Source of the DNA: Euglena gracilis
Taxonomy: Eukaryota
Length of the DNA: 64,000 nucleotides
NCBI GenBank assembly: GCA_039621445.1
Contig: CP154954.1
Location: forward strand, 34,011,737-34,075,736
Direction: 5' to 3'
Shown: piece after piece, positions 24,901 to 39,900 of the stretch
Layout: the number at the start of each line of letters is the position of its first letter
Numbering within the stretch: position 1 is the stretch's first letter
Translations under genes and position numbers: made by a program
The notes under the pieces: model-generated
The model's database searches: none
What the model saw: only the letters and a program-made list of their open reading frames with translations
What the model was told of the DNA's origin: nothing

Positions 24901-27900
24901 ATCTGCCCGCCGCCCTTCGCAAAAATTAGGTAAAGGATCGCCGACCTCTAGCCGGGGCAGAGCGCTCGTTTTTGGAGCACCGGCGCAGCCGATTTCGGCC
25001 GAAAACCGCCGAAAAATGACGTTTTTCGGGCTGTTCGTGGTTTACGTGCTATTTTGCGCCTCCCGGGCGGTAACGGCTGCGTTTTACGCAACCCCGCCGC
25101 GGGCAAAATTGCGCCTATCCGCCCGCCGCCCTTCGCAACAGTTAGGTAAAGGATCGCCGACCTCTAGCCGGGGCAGAGCGCTCGTTTTTGGAGCGCCGGC
25201 GCAGCCGATTTCGGCCGAAAACTGCCGAAAAAAGACGTTTTTCGGGGTGTTTGTGGTTTACGCGCTATTTTGCGCCTCCCGGGCGGTAACGGCTGTGTTT
25301 TACACACGCCCGCCGCGGGCAAAATTGCGCCTATCCACCCGCCGCCCTTCGCAACAATTAGGTAAAGGATCGCCGACCTCTAGCCGGGGCAGAGCGCTCG
25401 TTTTTGGAGCGCCGGCGCAACCGATTTCGGCCGAAAACGGCCGAAAAATGACGTTTTTCGGGGTGTTCGTGGTTTACGTGCTATTTTGCGCCTCTCGGGC
25501 GGTAACGGCTCTGTTTTACGCAACCCCGCCGCGGGCAAAATTGCGCCTATCCGCCCGCCGCCCTTAGCAACAGTTAGGTAAAGGATCGCCGACCTCTAGC
25601 CGGGGCAGAGCGCTCGTTTTTGGAGCGCCGGCGCAGCCGATTTCGGCCGAAAACGGCCGAAAAAAGACGTTTTTCGGAGTGTTCGTGGTTTGCGTGCTAT
25701 TTTGCGCCTCTCGGGCGGTAACGGCTGCGTTTTACGCAACCCCGCCGCGGGCAAAATTGCGCCTATCCGCCCGCCGCCCTTCGCAACAATTAGGTAAAGG
25801 ATCGCCGACCTCTAGCCGGGGCAGAGCGCTCGTTTTTGGAGCGCCGGCGCAACCGATTTCGGCCGAAAACGGCCGAAAAATGACGTTTTTCGGGGTGTTC
25901 GTGGTTTACGTGCTATTTTGCGCCTCCCGGGCGGTAACGGCTGCGTTTTACGCACGCCCGCCGCGGGCAAAATTGTGCCTATCCGCCCGCCGCCCTTCTC
26001 CACATCTAGGTAAAGGATCGCCGACCTCTAGCCGGGGCAGAGCGCTCGTTTTTGTAGCTCTGGCACAGCCGATTTCGGCCGAAAACGGCCGAAAAATGAC
26101 GTTTTTCGGGGTGTTCGTGGTTTACGTGCTATTTTGCGCCTCCCGGGCGGTAACGGCTGCGTTTTACGCACGCCCGCCGCGGGCAAAATTGCGCCTATCC
26201 ATCCGCCGCCCTTCGCAACAATTAGGTAAAGGATCGCAAGACCTGTAGCCGGGGCAGACCGCTCGTTTTTGGAGCGCCGGCGCAACAGATCTCGGCCGAA
26301 AACGGCTGAAAAATGACGTTTTTCGGGGTGTTCGTGGTTTACGCGCTATTTTGCGCCTCCCGGGCGGTAACGGCTGCGTTTTACAAACGCCCGCCGCGGG
26401 CAAAATTGCGCCTATCCGTCCGCCGCCCTTCGCAACAATTAGGTAAAGGATCGCCGACCTCTAGCCGGGGCAGAGCGCTCGTTTTTGGAGCGCCGGCGCA
26501 GCCGATTTCGGCCGAAAACGGCCGAAAAATGACGTTTTTCGGGGTGTTCGTGGTTTACGTGCTATTTTGCGCCTCTCGGGCGGTAACGGCTGCGTTTTAC
26601 GCAACCCCGCCGCGGGGAAAATTGCGCCTATCCATCCGCCGCCCTTCGCAACAATTAGGTAAAGGATCGCCGACCTGTAGCCGGGGCAGAGCGCTCGTTT
26701 TTGGAGCGCCGGCGCAACCGATTTCGGCCGAAAACGGCCGAAAAATGACGTTTTTCGGGGTGTCCGTGGTTTACGTGCTATTTTGCGCCTCCCGGGCGGT
26801 AACGGCTGCGTTTTACGCACGCCCGCCGCGGGCAAAATTGCGCCTATCTGCCCGCCGCCCTTCGCAAAAATTAGGTAAAGGATCGCCGACCTCTAGCCGG
26901 GGCAGAGCGCTCGTTTTTGGAGCGCCGGCGCAGCCGATTTCGGCCGAAAACCGCCGAAAAATGACGTTTTTCGGGGTGTTCGTGGTTTACGTGCTATTTT
27001 GCGCCTCCCGGGCGGTAACGGCTGCGTTTTACGCACGCCCGCCGCGGGCAAAATTGCGCCTATCCGCCCGCCGCCCTTCGCAACAATTAGGTAAAGGATC
27101 GCCGACCTCTAGCCGGGGCAGAGCGCTCGTTTTTGGAGCGCCGGCGCAGCCGATTTCGGCCGAAAACGGCCGAAAAATGACGTTTTTCACGGTGTTCGTG
27201 GTTTACGTGCTATTTTGCGCCTCCCGGGCGGTAACGACTGCGTTTTACGCGGGCAAAATTGCGCCTATCCGCCCGCCGCCCTTCGCAACAATTAGGTAAA
27301 GGATCGCCGACCTCTAGCCGGGGCAGAGCGCTCGTTTTTGGAGCGCCGGCTCAACCGATTTCGGCCGAAAACGGCCGAAAAATGACGTGTTTCGGGCTGT
27401 TCGTGGTTTACGTGCTATTTTGCGCCTCCCGGGCGGTAACGGCTGCGTTTTACGCACGCCCACCGCGGGCAAAATTGCGCCTATCCGCCCGCCGCCCTTC
27501 GCAACAATTAGGTAAAGGATCGCCGACCTCTGGCCGGGGCAGAGCGCTCGTTTTTGGAGCGCCGGCGCAGCCGATTTCGGCCGAAAACGGCTGAAAAATG
27601 ACGTTTTTCGGGGTGTTCGTGGTTTACGTGCTATTTTGCGCCTCCCGGGCGGTAACGGCTGCGTTTTACGCACGCCCGCCGCGGGCAAAATTGCGCCTAT
27701 CCGCCCGCCGCCCTTCGCAACAATTAGGTAAAGGATCGCCGACCTCTAGCCGGGGCAGAGCGCTCGTTTTTGGAGCGCCGGCGCAACCGATTTCGGCCGA
27801 AAACGGCCGAAAAATGACGTGTTTCGGGCTGTTCGTGGTTTACGTGCTATTTTGCGCCTCCCGGGCGGTAACGGCTGCGTTTTACGCACGCCCGCCGCGG

Positions 27901-30900
27901 GCAAAATTGCGCCTATCCGCCCGCCGGCCTTCACAACAATTAGGTAAAGGATCGCCGACCTCTAGCCGGGGCAGAGCGCTCGTTTTTGGAGCGCCGGCGC
28001 AGCCGATTTCGGCCGAAAACGGCCGAAAAATGACGTTTTCGGGGTGTTCGTGGTTTACGTGCTATTTTGCGCCTCCCGGGCGGTAACGGCTGCGTTTTAC
28101 GCACGCCCGCCGCGGGCAAAATTGCGCCTATCCGCCCGCCGCCCTTCGCAACAATTAGGTAAAGGATCGCCGACCTCTAGCCGGGGCAGAGCGCTCGTTT
28201 TTGGAGCGCCGGCGCAGCCGATTTCGGCCGAAAACGGCTGAAAAATGACGTTTATCGGGTGGTTCATGGTTTACGTGCTATTTTGCGCCTCCCGGGCGGT
28301 AACGGCTGCGTTTTACGCACGCCCACCGCGGGCAAAATTGCGCCTATCCGCCCGCCGCCCTTCGCAACAATTAGGTAAAGGATCGCCGACCTCTAGCCGG
28401 GGCAGAGCGCTCGTTTTTGGAGCGCCGGCGCAGCCGATTTCGGCCAAAAACGGCCGAAAAATGACGTTTTTCGGGGTGTTCGTGGTTTACGTGCTATTTT
28501 GCGCCTCCCGGGCGGTAACGGCTGCGTTTTACGCACGCCCGCCGCGGGCAAAATTGCGCCTATCCGCCCGCCGCCCTTCGCAACAATTAGGTAAAGGATC
28601 GCCGACCTCTAGCCGGGGCAGAGCGCTCGTTTTTGGAGCGCCGGCGCAGCCGATTTCGGCCGAAAACGGCCGAAAAATGACGTTTTTCGGGGTGTTCGTG
28701 GTTTACGTGCTATTTTGCGCCTCCCGGGCGGTAACGGCTGCGTTTTACGCACGCCCGCCGCGGGCAAAATTGCGCCTATCCGCCCGCCGCCCTTCGCAAC
28801 AATTAGGTAAAGGATCGCCGACCTCTAGCCGGGGCAGAGCGCTCGTTTTTGGAGCGCCGGCGCAGCCGATTTCGGCCGAAAACCGCCGAAAAATGACGTT
28901 TTTCGGGGTGTTCGTGGTTTACGTGCTATTTTGGGCCTCCCGGGCGGTAACGGCTGCGTTTTACGCACGCCCACCGCGGGCAAAATTGCGCCTATCCGCC
29001 CGCCGCCCTTCGCAACAATTAGGTAAAGGATCGCCGACCTCTAGCCGGGGCAGAGCGCTCGTTTTTGGAGCGCCGGCGCAGCCGATTTCGGCCGAAAACG
29101 GCCGAAAAATGACGTTTTTCGGGGTGTTCGTGGTTTACGTGCTATTTTGCGCCTGTCGGGTGGTAACGGCTCTGTTTTACGCACGCCCACCGCGGGCAAA
29201 ATTGCGCCTATCCGCCCGCCGCCCTTCGCAACAATTAGGTAAAGGATCGCCGACCTCTAGCCGGGGCAGAGCGCTCGTTTTTGGAGCGCCGGCGCAGCCG
29301 ATTTCGGCCGAAAACGGCTGAAAAATGACGTTTTTCGGGGTGTTCGTGGTTTACGTGCTATTTTGCGCCTCCCGGGCGGTAACGGCTGCGTTTTACGCAC
29401 GCCCGCCGCGGGCAAAATTGCGCCTATCCGCCCGCCGCCCTTCGCAACAATTAGGTAAAGGATCGCCGACCTCTAGCCGGGGCAGAGCGCTCGTTTTTGG
29501 AGCGCCGGCGCAACCGATTTCGGCCGAAAACGGCCGAAAAATGACGTTTTTTCGGGGTGTTCGTGGTTTACGTGCTATTTTGCGCCTCCCGGGCGGTAAC
29601 GGCTGCGTTTTACGCACGCCCACCGCGGGCAAAATTGCGCCTATCCGCCCGCCGCCCTTCGCAACAATTAGGTAAAGGATCGCCGACCTCTAGCCGGGGC
29701 AGAGCGCTCGTTTTTGGAGCGCCGGCGCAGCCGATTTCGGCCGAAAACGGCTGAAAAATGACGTTTTTCGGGGTGTTCGTGGTTTACGTGCTATTTTGCG
29801 CCTCCCGGGCGGTAACGGCTGCGTTTTACGCACGCCCGCCGCGGGCAAAATTGCGCCTATCCGCCCGCCGCCCTTCGCAACAATTAGGTAAAGGATCGCC
29901 GACCTCTAGCCGGGGCAGAGCGCTCGTTTTTGGAGCGCCGGCGGAACCGATTTCGGCCGAAAACGGCTGAAAAATGACGTTTTTCGGGTGTTCGTGGTTT
30001 ACGTGCTATTTTGCGCCTGTCGGGCGGTAACGGCTCTGTTTTACGCAACCCCGCCGCGGGCAAAATTGCGCCTATCCGCCCGCCGCCCTTCGCAACAATT
30101 AGGTAAAGGATCGCCGACCTCTAGCCGGGGCAGAGCGCTCGTTTTTGGAGCGCCGGCGCAGCCGATTTCGGCCGAAAACGGCCGAAAAATGACGTTTTTT
30201 CGGGGTGTTCGTGGTTTACGTGCTATTTTGCGCCTCCCGGGCCGCAACGGCTGCGTTTTACGCACGCACGCCGCGGGCAAAATTGCGCCTATCCGCCCGC
30301 CGCCCTTCGCAACAATTAGGTAAAGGATCGCCGACCTCTAGCCGGGGCAGAGCGCTCGTTTTTGGAGCGCCGGCGCAGCCGATTTCGGCCGAAAACGGCT
30401 GAAAAATGACGTTTTTCGGGTGTTCGTGGTTTACGTGCTACTTTGCGCCTCCCAGGCGGTAACGGCTCTGTTTTACGCAACCCCACCGCGGGCAAAATTG
30501 CGCCTATCCGCCCGCCGCCCTTCGCAACAATTAGGTAAAGGATCGCCGACCTCTAGCCGGGGCAGAGCGCTCGTTTTTGGAGCGCCGGCGCAGCCGATTT
30601 CGGCCGAAAACGGCCGAAAAATGACGTTTTTCGGGGTGTTCGTGGTTTACGTGCTATTTTGCGCCTCTCGGGCGGTAACGGCACTGTTTTACGCAACCCC
30701 GCCGCGGGCAAAATTGCGCCTATCCGCCCGCCGCCCTTCGCAACAATTAGGTAAAGGATCGCCGACCTCTAGCCGGGGCAGAGCGCTCGTTTTTGGAGCG
30801 CCGGCGCAGCCGATTTCGGCCGAAAACGGCCGAAAAATGACGTTTTTCGGGTGTTCGTGGTTTACGTGCTTTTTTGCGCCTCCCAGGCGGTAACGGCTGC

Positions 30901-33900
30901 GTTTTACGCACGCCCACCGCGGGCAAAATTGCGCCTATCCGCCCGCCGCCCTTCGCAACAATTAGGTAAAGGATCGCCGACCTCTAGCCGGGGCAGAGCG
31001 CTCGTTTTTGGAGCGCCGGCGCAGCCGATTTCGGCCGAAAACGGCTGAAAAATGACGTTTTTCGGGGTGTTCGTGGTTTACGTGCTATTTTGCGCCTCTC
31101 GGGCGGTAACGGCTCTGTTTTACGCAACCCCGCCGCGGGCAAAATTGCGCCTATCCGCCCGCCGCCCTTCGCAACAATTAGGTAAAGGATCGCCGACCTC
31201 TAGCCGGGGCAGAGCACTCGTTTTTTGAGCGCCGGCGCAGCCGATTTTGGCCGAAAACGGCCGAAAAATGACGTTTTTCGGGTGTTCGTGGTTTACGTGC
31301 TATTTTGCGCCTCTCGGGCGGTAACGGCTCTGTTTTACGCACGCCCACCGCGGGCAAAATTGCGCCTATCCGCCCGCCGCCCTTCGCAACAATTAGGTAA
31401 AGGATCGCCGACCTCTGGCCGGGGCAGAGCGCTCATCTTTGGAGCGCCGGCGCAGCCGATTTCGGCCGAAAACGGCCGAAAAATGACGTTTTTCGGGTGT
31501 TCGTGGTTTACGTGCTATTTTGCGCCTCTCGGGCGGTAACGGCTCTGTTTTACGCACGCCCACCGCGGGCAAAATTGCGCCTATCCGCCCGCCGCCCTTC
31601 GCAACAATTAGGTAAAGGATCGCCGACCTCTAGCCGGGGCAGAGCGCTCGTTTTTGGAGCGCCGGCGCAGCCGATTTCGGCCGAAAACGGCTGAAAAATG
31701 ACTTTTTTCGGGTGTTCGTGGTTTACGTGCTATTTTGCGCCTCTCAGGCGGTAACGGCTCTGTTTTACGCAACCCCGCCGCGGGCAAAATTGCGCCTATC
31801 CGCCCGCCGCCCTTCGCAACAATTAGGTAAAGGATCGCCGACCTCTAGCCGGGGCAGAGCGCTCGTTTTTGGAGCGCCGGCGCAGCCGATTTCGGCCGAA
31901 AACGGCCGAAAAATGACGTTTTTCGGGGTGTTCGTGGTTTACGTGCTATTTTGCGCCTCTCGGGCGGTAACGGCACTGTTTTACGCAACCCCGCCGCGGG
32001 CAAAATTGCGCCTATCCGCCCGCCGCCCTTCGCAACAATTAGGTAAAGGATCGCCGACCTCTAGCCGGGGCAGAGCGCTCGTTTTTGGAGCGCCGGCGCA
32101 GCCGATTTCGGCCGAAAACGGCCGAAAAATGACGTTTTTCGGGTGTTCGTGGTTTACGTGCTATTTTGCGCCTCTCGGGCGGTAACGGCACTGTTTTACG
32201 CAACCCCGCCGCGGGCAAAATTGCGCCTATCCGCCCGCCGCCCTTCGCAACAATTAGGTAAAGGATCGCCGACCTCTAGCCGGGGCAGAGCGCTCGTTTT
32301 TGGAGCGCCGGCGCAGCCGATTTCGGCCGAAAACGGCCGAAAAATGACGTTTTTCGGGTGTTCGTGGTTTACGTGCTATTTTGCGCCTCTCGGGCGGTAA
32401 CGGCACTGTTTTACGCAACCCCGCCGCGGGCAAAATTGCGCCTATCCGCCCGCCGCCCTTCGCAACAATTAGGTAAAGGATCGCCGACCTCTAGCCGGGG
32501 CAGAGCGCTCGTTTTTGGAGCGCCGGCGCAGCCGATTTCGGCCGAAAACGGCCGAAAAATGACGTTTTCGGGGTGTTCGTGGTTTACGTGCTATTTTGCG
32601 CCTCCCGGGCGGTAACGGCTGCGTTTTACGCACGCCCGCCGCGGGCAAAATTGCGCCTATCCGCCCGCCGCCCTTCGCAACAATTAGGTAAAGGATCGCC
32701 GACCTCTAGCCGGGGCAGAGCGCTCGTTTTTGGAGCGCCGGCGCAGCCGATTTCGGCCGAAAACGGCTGAAAAATGACGTTTTTCGGGGTGTTCGTGGTT
32801 TACGTGCTATTTTGCGCCTCTCGGGCGGTAACGGCTCTGTTTTACGCACGCCCGCCGCGGGCAAAATTGCGCCTATCCGCCCGCCGCCCTTCGCAACAAT
32901 TAGGTAAAGGATCGCCGACCTCTAGCCGGGGCAGAGCGCTCGTTTTTGGAGCGCCGGCGCAGCCGATTTCGGCCGAAAACGGCCGAAAAATGACGTTTTT
33001 CGGGTGTTCGTGGTTTACGTGCTATTTTGCGCCTCCCGGGCGGTAACGGCTGCTTTTTTCACACGCACGCCGCGGGCAAAATTGCGCCTATCCGCCCGCC
33101 GCCCTTCGCAACAATTAGGTAAAGGATCGCCGACCTCTAGCCGGGGCAGAGCGCTCGTTTTTGGAGCGCCGGCGCAGCCGATTTCGGCCGAAAACGGCCG
33201 AAAAATGACGTTTTTTTCGGGGTGTTCGTGGTTTACGTGCTATTTTGCGCCTCCCGGGCGGTAACGGCTGCGTTTTACGCACGCCCGCCGCGGGCAAAAT
33301 TGCGCCTATCCGCCCGCCGCCCTTCGCAACAATTAGGTAAAGGATCGCCGACCTCTAGCCGGGGCAGAGCGCTCGTTTTTGGAGCGCCGGCGCAGCCGAT
33401 TTCGGCCGAAAACGGCCGAAAAATGACGTTTTTCGGGGTGTTCGTGGTTTACGTGCTATTTTGCGCCTCCCGGGCGGTAACGGCTGCGTTTTACGCACGC
33501 CGCCGCGGGCAAAATTGCGCCTATCCGCCCGCCGCCCTTCGCAACAATTAGGTAAAGGATCGCCGACCTCTAGCCGGGGCAGAGCGCTCGTTTTTGGAGC
33601 GCCGGCGCAGCCGATTTCGGCCGAAAACGGCCGAAAAATGACGTTTTTCGGGGTGTTCGTGGTTTACGTGCTATTTTGCGCCTCCCGGGCGGTAACGGCT
33701 GCGTTTTACGCACCGCCCGCCGCGGGCAAAATTGCGCCTATCCGCCCGCCGCCCTTCGCAACAATTAGGTAAAGGATCGCCGACCTCTAGCCGGGGCAGA
33801 GCGCTCGTTTTTGGAGCGCCGGCGCAGCCGATTTCGGCCGAAAACGGCCTGAAAAATGACGTTTTTTCGGGGTGTTCGTGGTTTACGTGCTATTTTGCGC

Positions 33901-36900
33901 CTCCCGGGCGGTAACGGCTGCGTTTTACGCACGCCCGCCGCGGGCAAAATTGCGCCTATCCGCCCGCCGCCCTTCGCAACAATTAGGTAAAGGATCGCCG
34001 ACCTCTAGCCGGGGCAGAGCGCTCGTTTTTGGAGCGCCGGCGCAGCCGATTTCGGCCGAAAACGGCCGAAAAATGACGTTTTTCGGGGTGTTCGTGGTTT
34101 ACGTGCTATTTTGCGCCTCCCGGGCGGTAACGGCTGCGTTTTACGCACGCCCGCCGCGGGCAAAATTGCGCCTATCCGCCCGCCGCCCTTCGCAACAATT
34201 AGGTAAAGGATCGCCGACCTCTAGCCGGGGCAGAGCGCTCGTTTTTGGAGCGCCGGCGCAGCCGATTTCGGCCGAAAACGGCCGAAAAATGACGTTTTTC
34301 GGGGTGTTCGTGGTTTACGTGCTATTTTGCGCCTCCCGGGCGGTAACGGCTGCGTTTTACGCACGCCCGCCGCGGGCAAAATTGCGCCTATCCGCCCGCC
34401 GCCCTTCGCAACAATTAGGTAAAGGATCGCCGACCTCTAGCCGGGGCAGAGCGCTCGTTTTTGGAGCGCCGGCGCAGCCGATTTCGGCCGAAAACGGCCG
34501 AAAAATGACGTTTTTCGGGTGTTCGTGGTTTACGTGCTATTTTGCGCCTCCCGGGCGGTAACGGCTGCGTTTTACGCACGCCCGCCGCGGGCAAAATTGC
34601 GCCTATCCGCCCGCCGCCCTTCGCAACAATTAGGTAAAGGATCGCCGACCTCTAGCCGGGGCAGAGCGCTCGTTTTTGGAGCGCCGGCGCAGCCGATTTC
34701 GGCCGAAAACGGCCGAAAAATGACGTTTTTCGGGGTGTTCGTGGTTTACGTGCTATTTTGCGCCTCCCGGGCGGTAACGGCTGCGTTTTACGCACGCCCG
34801 CCGCGGGCAAAATTGCGCCTATCCGCCCGCCGCCCTTCGCAACAATTAGGTAAAGGATCGCCGACCTCTAGCCGGGGCAGAGCGCTCGTTTTTGGAGCGC
34901 CGGCGCAGCCGATTTCGGCCGAAAACGGCCGAAAAATGACGTTTTTCGGGTGTTCGTGGTTTACGTGCTATTTTGCGCCTCCCGGGCGGTAACGGCACTG
35001 TTTTACGCAACCCCGCCGCGGGCAAAATTGCGCCTATCCGCCCGCCGCCCTTCGCAACAATTAGGTAAAGGATCGCCGACCTCTAGCCGGGGCAGAGCGC
35101 TCGTTTTTGGAGCGCCGGCGCAGCCGATTTCGGCCGAAAACGGCTGAAAAATGACGTTTTTCGGGGTGTTCGTGGTTTACGTGCTATTTTGCGCCTCCCG
35201 GGCGGTAACGGCTGCGTTTTACGCACGCCCGCCGCGGGCAAAATTGCGCCTATCCGCCCGCCGCCCTTCGCAACAATTAGGTAAAGGATCGCCGACCTCT
35301 AGCCGGGGCAGAGCGCTCGTTTTTGGAGCGCCGGCGCAGCCGATTTCGGCCGAAAACCGCCGAAAAATGACGTTTTTCGGGGTGTTCGTGGTTTACGTGC
35401 TATTTTGCGCCTCCCGGGCGGTAACGGCTGCGTTTTACGCACGCCCGCCGCGGGCAAAATTGCGCCTATCCGCCCGCCGCCCTTCGCAACAAGCAGGTAA
35501 AGGATCGCCGACCTCTAGCCGGGGCAGAGCGCTCGTTTTTGGAGCGCCGGCGCAACCGATTTCGGCCGAAAACGGCTTAAAAATGACGTTTTTCGGGGTG
35601 GTTTACGTGCTATTTTGCGCCTCCCGGGCGGTAACGGCTGCGTTTTACGCACGCCCGCCGCGGGCAAAATTGCGCCTATCCGCCCGCCGCCCTTCGCAAC
35701 AATTAGGTAAAGGATCGCCGACCTCTAGCCGGGGCAGAGCGCTCGTTTTTGGAGCGCCGGCGCAGCCGATTTCGGCCGAAAACCGCCGAAAAATGACGTT
35801 TTTCGGGGTGTTCGTGGTTTACGTGCTATTTTGCGCCTCCCGGGCGGTAACGGCTGCGTTTTACGCACGCCCGCCGCGGGCAAAATTGCGCCTATCCGCC
35901 CGCCGCCCTTCGCAACAATTAGGTAAAGGATCGCCGACCTCTAGCCGGGGCAGAGCGCTCGTTTTTGGAGCGCCGGCGCAGCCGATTTCGGCCGAAAACC
36001 GCCGAAAAATGACGTTTTTCGGGGTGTTCGTGGTTTACGTGCTATTTTGCGCCTCCCGGGCGGTAACGGCTGCGTTTTACGCACGCCCGCCGCGGGCAAA
36101 ATTGCGCCTATCCGCCCGCCGCCCTTCGCAACAATTAGGTAAAGGATCGCCGACCTCTAGCCGGGGCAGAGCGCTCGTTTTTGGAGCGCCGGCGCAGCCG
36201 ATTTCGGCCGAAAACGGCCGAAAAATGACGTTTTTCGGGGTGTTCGTGGTTTACGTGCTATTTTGCGCCTCTCGGGCGGTAACGGCTCTGTTTTACGCAC
36301 GCCCGCCGCGGGCAAAATTGCGCCTATCCGCCCGCCGCCCTTCGCAACAATTAGGTAAAGGATCGCCGACCTCTAGCCGGGGCAGAGCGCTCGTTTTTGG
36401 AGCGCCGGCGCAACCGATTTCGGCCGAAAACGGCCGAAAAAAGACGTTTTTTCGGGGTGTTCGTGGTTTACGTGCTATTTTGCGCCTCCCGGGCGGTAAC
36501 GGCTGCGTTTTACGCACGCCCGCCGCGGGCAAAATTGCGCCTATCCGCCCGCCGCCCTTCGCAACAATTAGGTAAAGGATCGCCGACCTCTAGCCGGGGC
36601 AGAGCGCTCGTTTTTGGAGCGCCGGCGCAGCCGATTTCGGCCGAAAACGGCCGAAAAATGACGTTTTTTCGGGGTGTTCGTGGTTTACGTGCTATTTTGC
36701 GCCTCCCGGGCGGTAACGGCTGCGTTTTACACACGCCCGCCGCGTGCACAATTGCGCCTATCCGCCCGCCGCCCTTCGCAACAATTAGGTAAAGGATCGC
36801 CGACCTCTAGCCGGGGCAGAGCGCTCGTTTTTGGAGCGCCGGCGCAGCCGATTTCGGCCGAAAACGGCCGAAAAATGACGTTTTTCGGGGTGTTCGTGGT

Positions 36901-39900
36901 TTACGTGCTATTTTGCGCCTCCCGGGCGGTAACGGCTGCGTTTTACGCACGCCCGCCGCGGGCAAAATTGCGCCTATCCGCCCGCCGCCCTTCGCAACAA
37001 TTAGGTAAAGGATCGCCGACCTCTAGCCGGGGCAGAGCGGTCGTTTTTGGAGCGCCGGCGCAACCGATTTCGGCCGAAAACGGCTGAAAAATGACGTTTT
37101 TCGGGGTGTTCGTGGTTTACGTGCTATTTTGCGCCTCCCGGGCGGTAACGGCTGCGTTTTACGCACGCCCGCCGCGGGCAAAATTGCGCCTATCCGCCCG
37201 CCGCCCTTCGCAACAATTAGGTAAAGGATCGCCGACCTCTAGCCGGGGCCGAGCGCTCGTTTTTTGAGCGCCGGGGCAAACGATTTCGGCCGAAAACGGC
37301 CGAAAAATGACGTTTTTCGGGGTGTTCGTGGTTTACGTGCTATTTTGCGCCTGTCGGGCGGTAACGGGTCTGTTTTACGCAACCCCGCCGCGGGCAAAAT
37401 TGCGCCTATCCGCCCGCCGCCCTTCGCAACAATTAGGTAAAGGATCGCCGACCTCTAGCCGGGGCAGAGCGCTCGTTTTTGGAGCGCCGGCGCAGCCGAT
37501 TTCGGCCGAAAACGGCTGAAAAATGACGTTTTTCGGGTGTTCGTGGTTTACGTGCTATTTTGCGCCTCTCGGGCGGTAACGGCTCTGTTTTACGCAACCC
37601 CGCCACGGGCAAAAGTCGCGCCTATCCGCCCGCCGCCCTTCGCAACAATTAGGTAAAGGATCGCCGACCTCTAGCCGGGGCAGAGCGCTCGTTTTTGGAG
37701 CGCCGGCGCAGCCGATTTCGGCCGAAAACGGCTGAAAAATGACGTTTTTCGGGGTGTTCGTGGTTTACGTGCTATTTTGCGCCTCTCGGGCGGTAACGGC
37801 TCTGTTTTACGCAACCCCGCCGCGGGCAAAATTGCGCCTATCCGCCCGCCGCCCTTCGCAACAATTAGGTAAAGGATCGCCGACCTCTAGCCGGGGCAGA
37901 GCGCTCGTTTTTGGAGCGCCGGCGCAGCCGATTTCGGCCGAAAACGGCTGAAAATGACGTTTTTCGGGGTGTTCGTGGTTTACGTGCTATTTTGCACCTC
38001 CCGGCGGTAACGGCTGCGTTTTACGCACACCCGCCGCGGGCAAAATTGCGCCTATCCGCCCGCCGCCCTTCGCAACAATTAGGTAAAGGATCGCCGACCT
38101 CTAGCCGGGGCAGAGCGCTCGTTTTTGGAGCGCCGGCGCAGCCGATTTCGGCCGAAAACGGCTGAAAATGACGTTTTTCGGGGTGTTCGTGGTTTACGTG
38201 CTATTTTGCGCCTCCCGGGCGGTAACGGCTGCGTTTTACGCACGCCCGCCGCGGGCAAAATTGCGCCTATCCGCCCGCCGCCCTTCGCAACAATTAGGTA
38301 AAGGATCGCCGACCTCTAGCCGGGGCAGAGCGCTCGTTTTTGGAGCGCCGGCGCAGCCGATTTCGGCCGAAAACGGCCGAAAAATGACGTTTTTCGGGGT
38401 GTTCGTGGTTTACGTGCTATTTTGCGCCTCCCGGGCGGTAACGGCTGCGTTTTACGCACGCCCGCCGTGGGCAAAATTGCGCCTATCCGCCGCCGCCCTT
38501 CGCAACAATTAGGTAAAGGATCGCCGACCTCTAGCCGGGGCAGAGCGCTCGTTTTTGGAGCGCCGGCGCAGCCGATTTCGGCCGAAAACCGCCCAAAAAT
38601 GACGTTTTTCGGGGTGTTCGTGGTTTACGTGCTATTTTGCGCCTCCCGGGCGGTAACGGCTGCGTTTTACGCACGCCCGCCGCGGGCAAAATTGCGCCTA
38701 TCCGCCCGCCGCCCTTCGCAACAATTAGGTAAAAGATCGCCGACCTCTAGTCGGGGCAGAGCGCTCGTTTTTGGACCGCCGGCGCGGCCGAATTCGGCCG
38801 AAAACGGCTGAAAAATGACGTTTTTCGGGGTGTTCGTGGTTTACGTGCTATTTTGCGCCTCTCGGGCGGTAACGGCTCTGTTTTACGCAACCCCGCCGCG
38901 GGCAAAATTGCGCCTATCCGCCCGCCGCCCTTCGCAACAATTAGGTAAAGGATCGCCGACCTCTAGCCGGGGCAGAGCGCTCGTTTTTGGAGCGCCGGCG
39001 CAGCCGATTTCGGCCGAAAACGGCTGAAAAATGACGTTTTTCGGGGTGTTCGTGGTTTACGTGCTATTTTGCGCCTCTCGGGCGGTAACGGCTCTGTTTT
39101 ACGCAACCCCGCCGCGGGCAAAATTGCGCCTATCCGCCCGCCGCCCTTCGCAACAATTAGGTAAAGGATCGCCGACCTCTAGCCGGGGCAGAGCGCTCGT
39201 TTTTGGAGCGCCGGCGCAGCCGATTTCGGCCGAAAACGGCCGAAAAATGACGTTTTTCGGGGTGTTCGTGGTTTACGTGCTATTTTGCGCCTCCCGGGCG
39301 GTAACGGCTGCGTTTTACGCACGCCCGCCGCGGGCAAAATTGCGCCTATCCGCCCGCCGCCCTTCGCAACAATTAGGTAAAGGATCGCCGACCTCTAGCC
39401 GGGGCAGAGCGCTCGTTTTTGGAGCGCCGGCGCAGCCGATTTCGGCCGAAAACGGCCGAAAAATGACGTTTTTCGGGGTGTTCGTGGTTTACGTGCTATT
39501 TTGCGCCTTTCGGGCGGTAACGGCTCTGTTTTACGCAACCCCGCCGCGGGCAAAATTGCGCCTATCCGCCCGCCGCCCTTCGCAACAATTAGGTAAAGGA
39601 TCGCCGACCTCTAGCCGGGGCAGAGCGCTCGTTTTTGGAGCGCCGGCGCAGCCGATTTCGGCCGAAAACGGCTGAAAAATGACGTTTTTCGGGGTGTTCG
39701 TGGTTTACGTGCTATTTTGCGCCTCTCGGGCGGTAACGGCTCTGTTTTACGCAACCCCGCCGCGGGCAAAATTGCGCCTATCCGCCCGCCGCCCTTCGCA
39801 ACAATTAGGTAAAGGATCGCCGACCTCTAGCCGGGGCAGAGCGCTCGTTTTTGGAGCGCCGGCGCAGCCGATTTCGGCCGAAAACGGCTGAAAATGACGT

